Source: Streptosporangiaceae bacterium
Lineage (GTDB): Bacteria > Actinomycetota > Actinomycetes > Streptosporangiales > Streptosporangiaceae
Direction of reading: 5' to 3'
DNA length: 64,000 bases
Assembly (NCBI GenBank): GCA_033854735.1
Contig: JAWWPY010000024.1
Span: forward strand, 9,042-73,041
In this document: one piece after another, positions 63,954-64,000 of the stretch
Layout: the number at the start of each line of letters is the position of its first letter
How positions within the stretch are numbered: position 1 is the stretch's first letter
Made by a program: the position numbers and the translations under genes
The notes under the pieces: generated by a model
The model's database searches: none
What the model was told of the DNA's origin: nothing
What the model saw: only the letters and a program-made list of their open reading frames with translations

Positions 63954-64000
63954 CTGATGAGGACGGCAGCGATCCCGATGGCCTCGTCGTCGACGCTGAG
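63950..64000 (+). CDS. modC: probable start of the molybdate ABC transporter ATP-binding protein (truncated by window end)
   Basis: GTG 63950 overlaps the modB stop (GTGA). Only 17 codons are visible (VTDEDGSDPDGLVVDAE). The call rests on operon position. Confidence 0.35.
   Translation, partial: MTDEDGSDPDGLVVDAE

Overview
High-GC (about 70%) actinobacterial chromosomal segment, mycelial-actinomycete-like (conservon, F420-type LLM oxidoreductase, GuaB1, DUF4193), with roughly 60 genes.

Bases 1-46.7 kb look like core genome:
- an acyl-CoA dehydrogenase/SDR block
- a LacI-controlled oligosaccharide ABC importer with a GH3 beta-glucosidase
- an orphan ammonium transporter behind GlnR-like GAAAC repeats
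- a cyclase/TPP-enzyme pair and an RHH-PIN toxin-antitoxin (TA) pair
- housekeeping-type genes: GuaB1, a Na+/H+ antiporter with TetR, gulonolactone-oxidase-like, lytic transglycosylase, ferrochelatase, IMPase
- a predicted membrane pseudokinase
- a three-copy phosphoesterase-domain array
- an FHA/permease/acetamidase unit

From about 46.7 to 61.8 kb the composition drops to about 58-65% GC on spot counts, and the content looks accessory:
- an orphan NitT/TauT-type lipoprotein solute-binding protein (SBP) divergent from a conservon (cvnABCD-like)
- a tRNA-Met followed by decayed and intact TA modules, including two head-to-head vapBC pairs
- a transketolase, a stretch of gene remnants, a low-GC GH115 gene and a second vapC remnant

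The window ends with a MerR-TOBE regulator and modABC.

I found no rRNA, CRISPR array, intact transposase or integrase. I do not see a clear-cut new multi-gene system. The best candidates for follow-up are:
- the orphan SBP paired with the NIT-domain conservon sensor
- the phosphoesterase triplication with a degenerate middle domain
- the membrane pseudokinase
- the tRNA-linked TA and remnant island

All family calls rest on motif recognition by eye, not on database searches.
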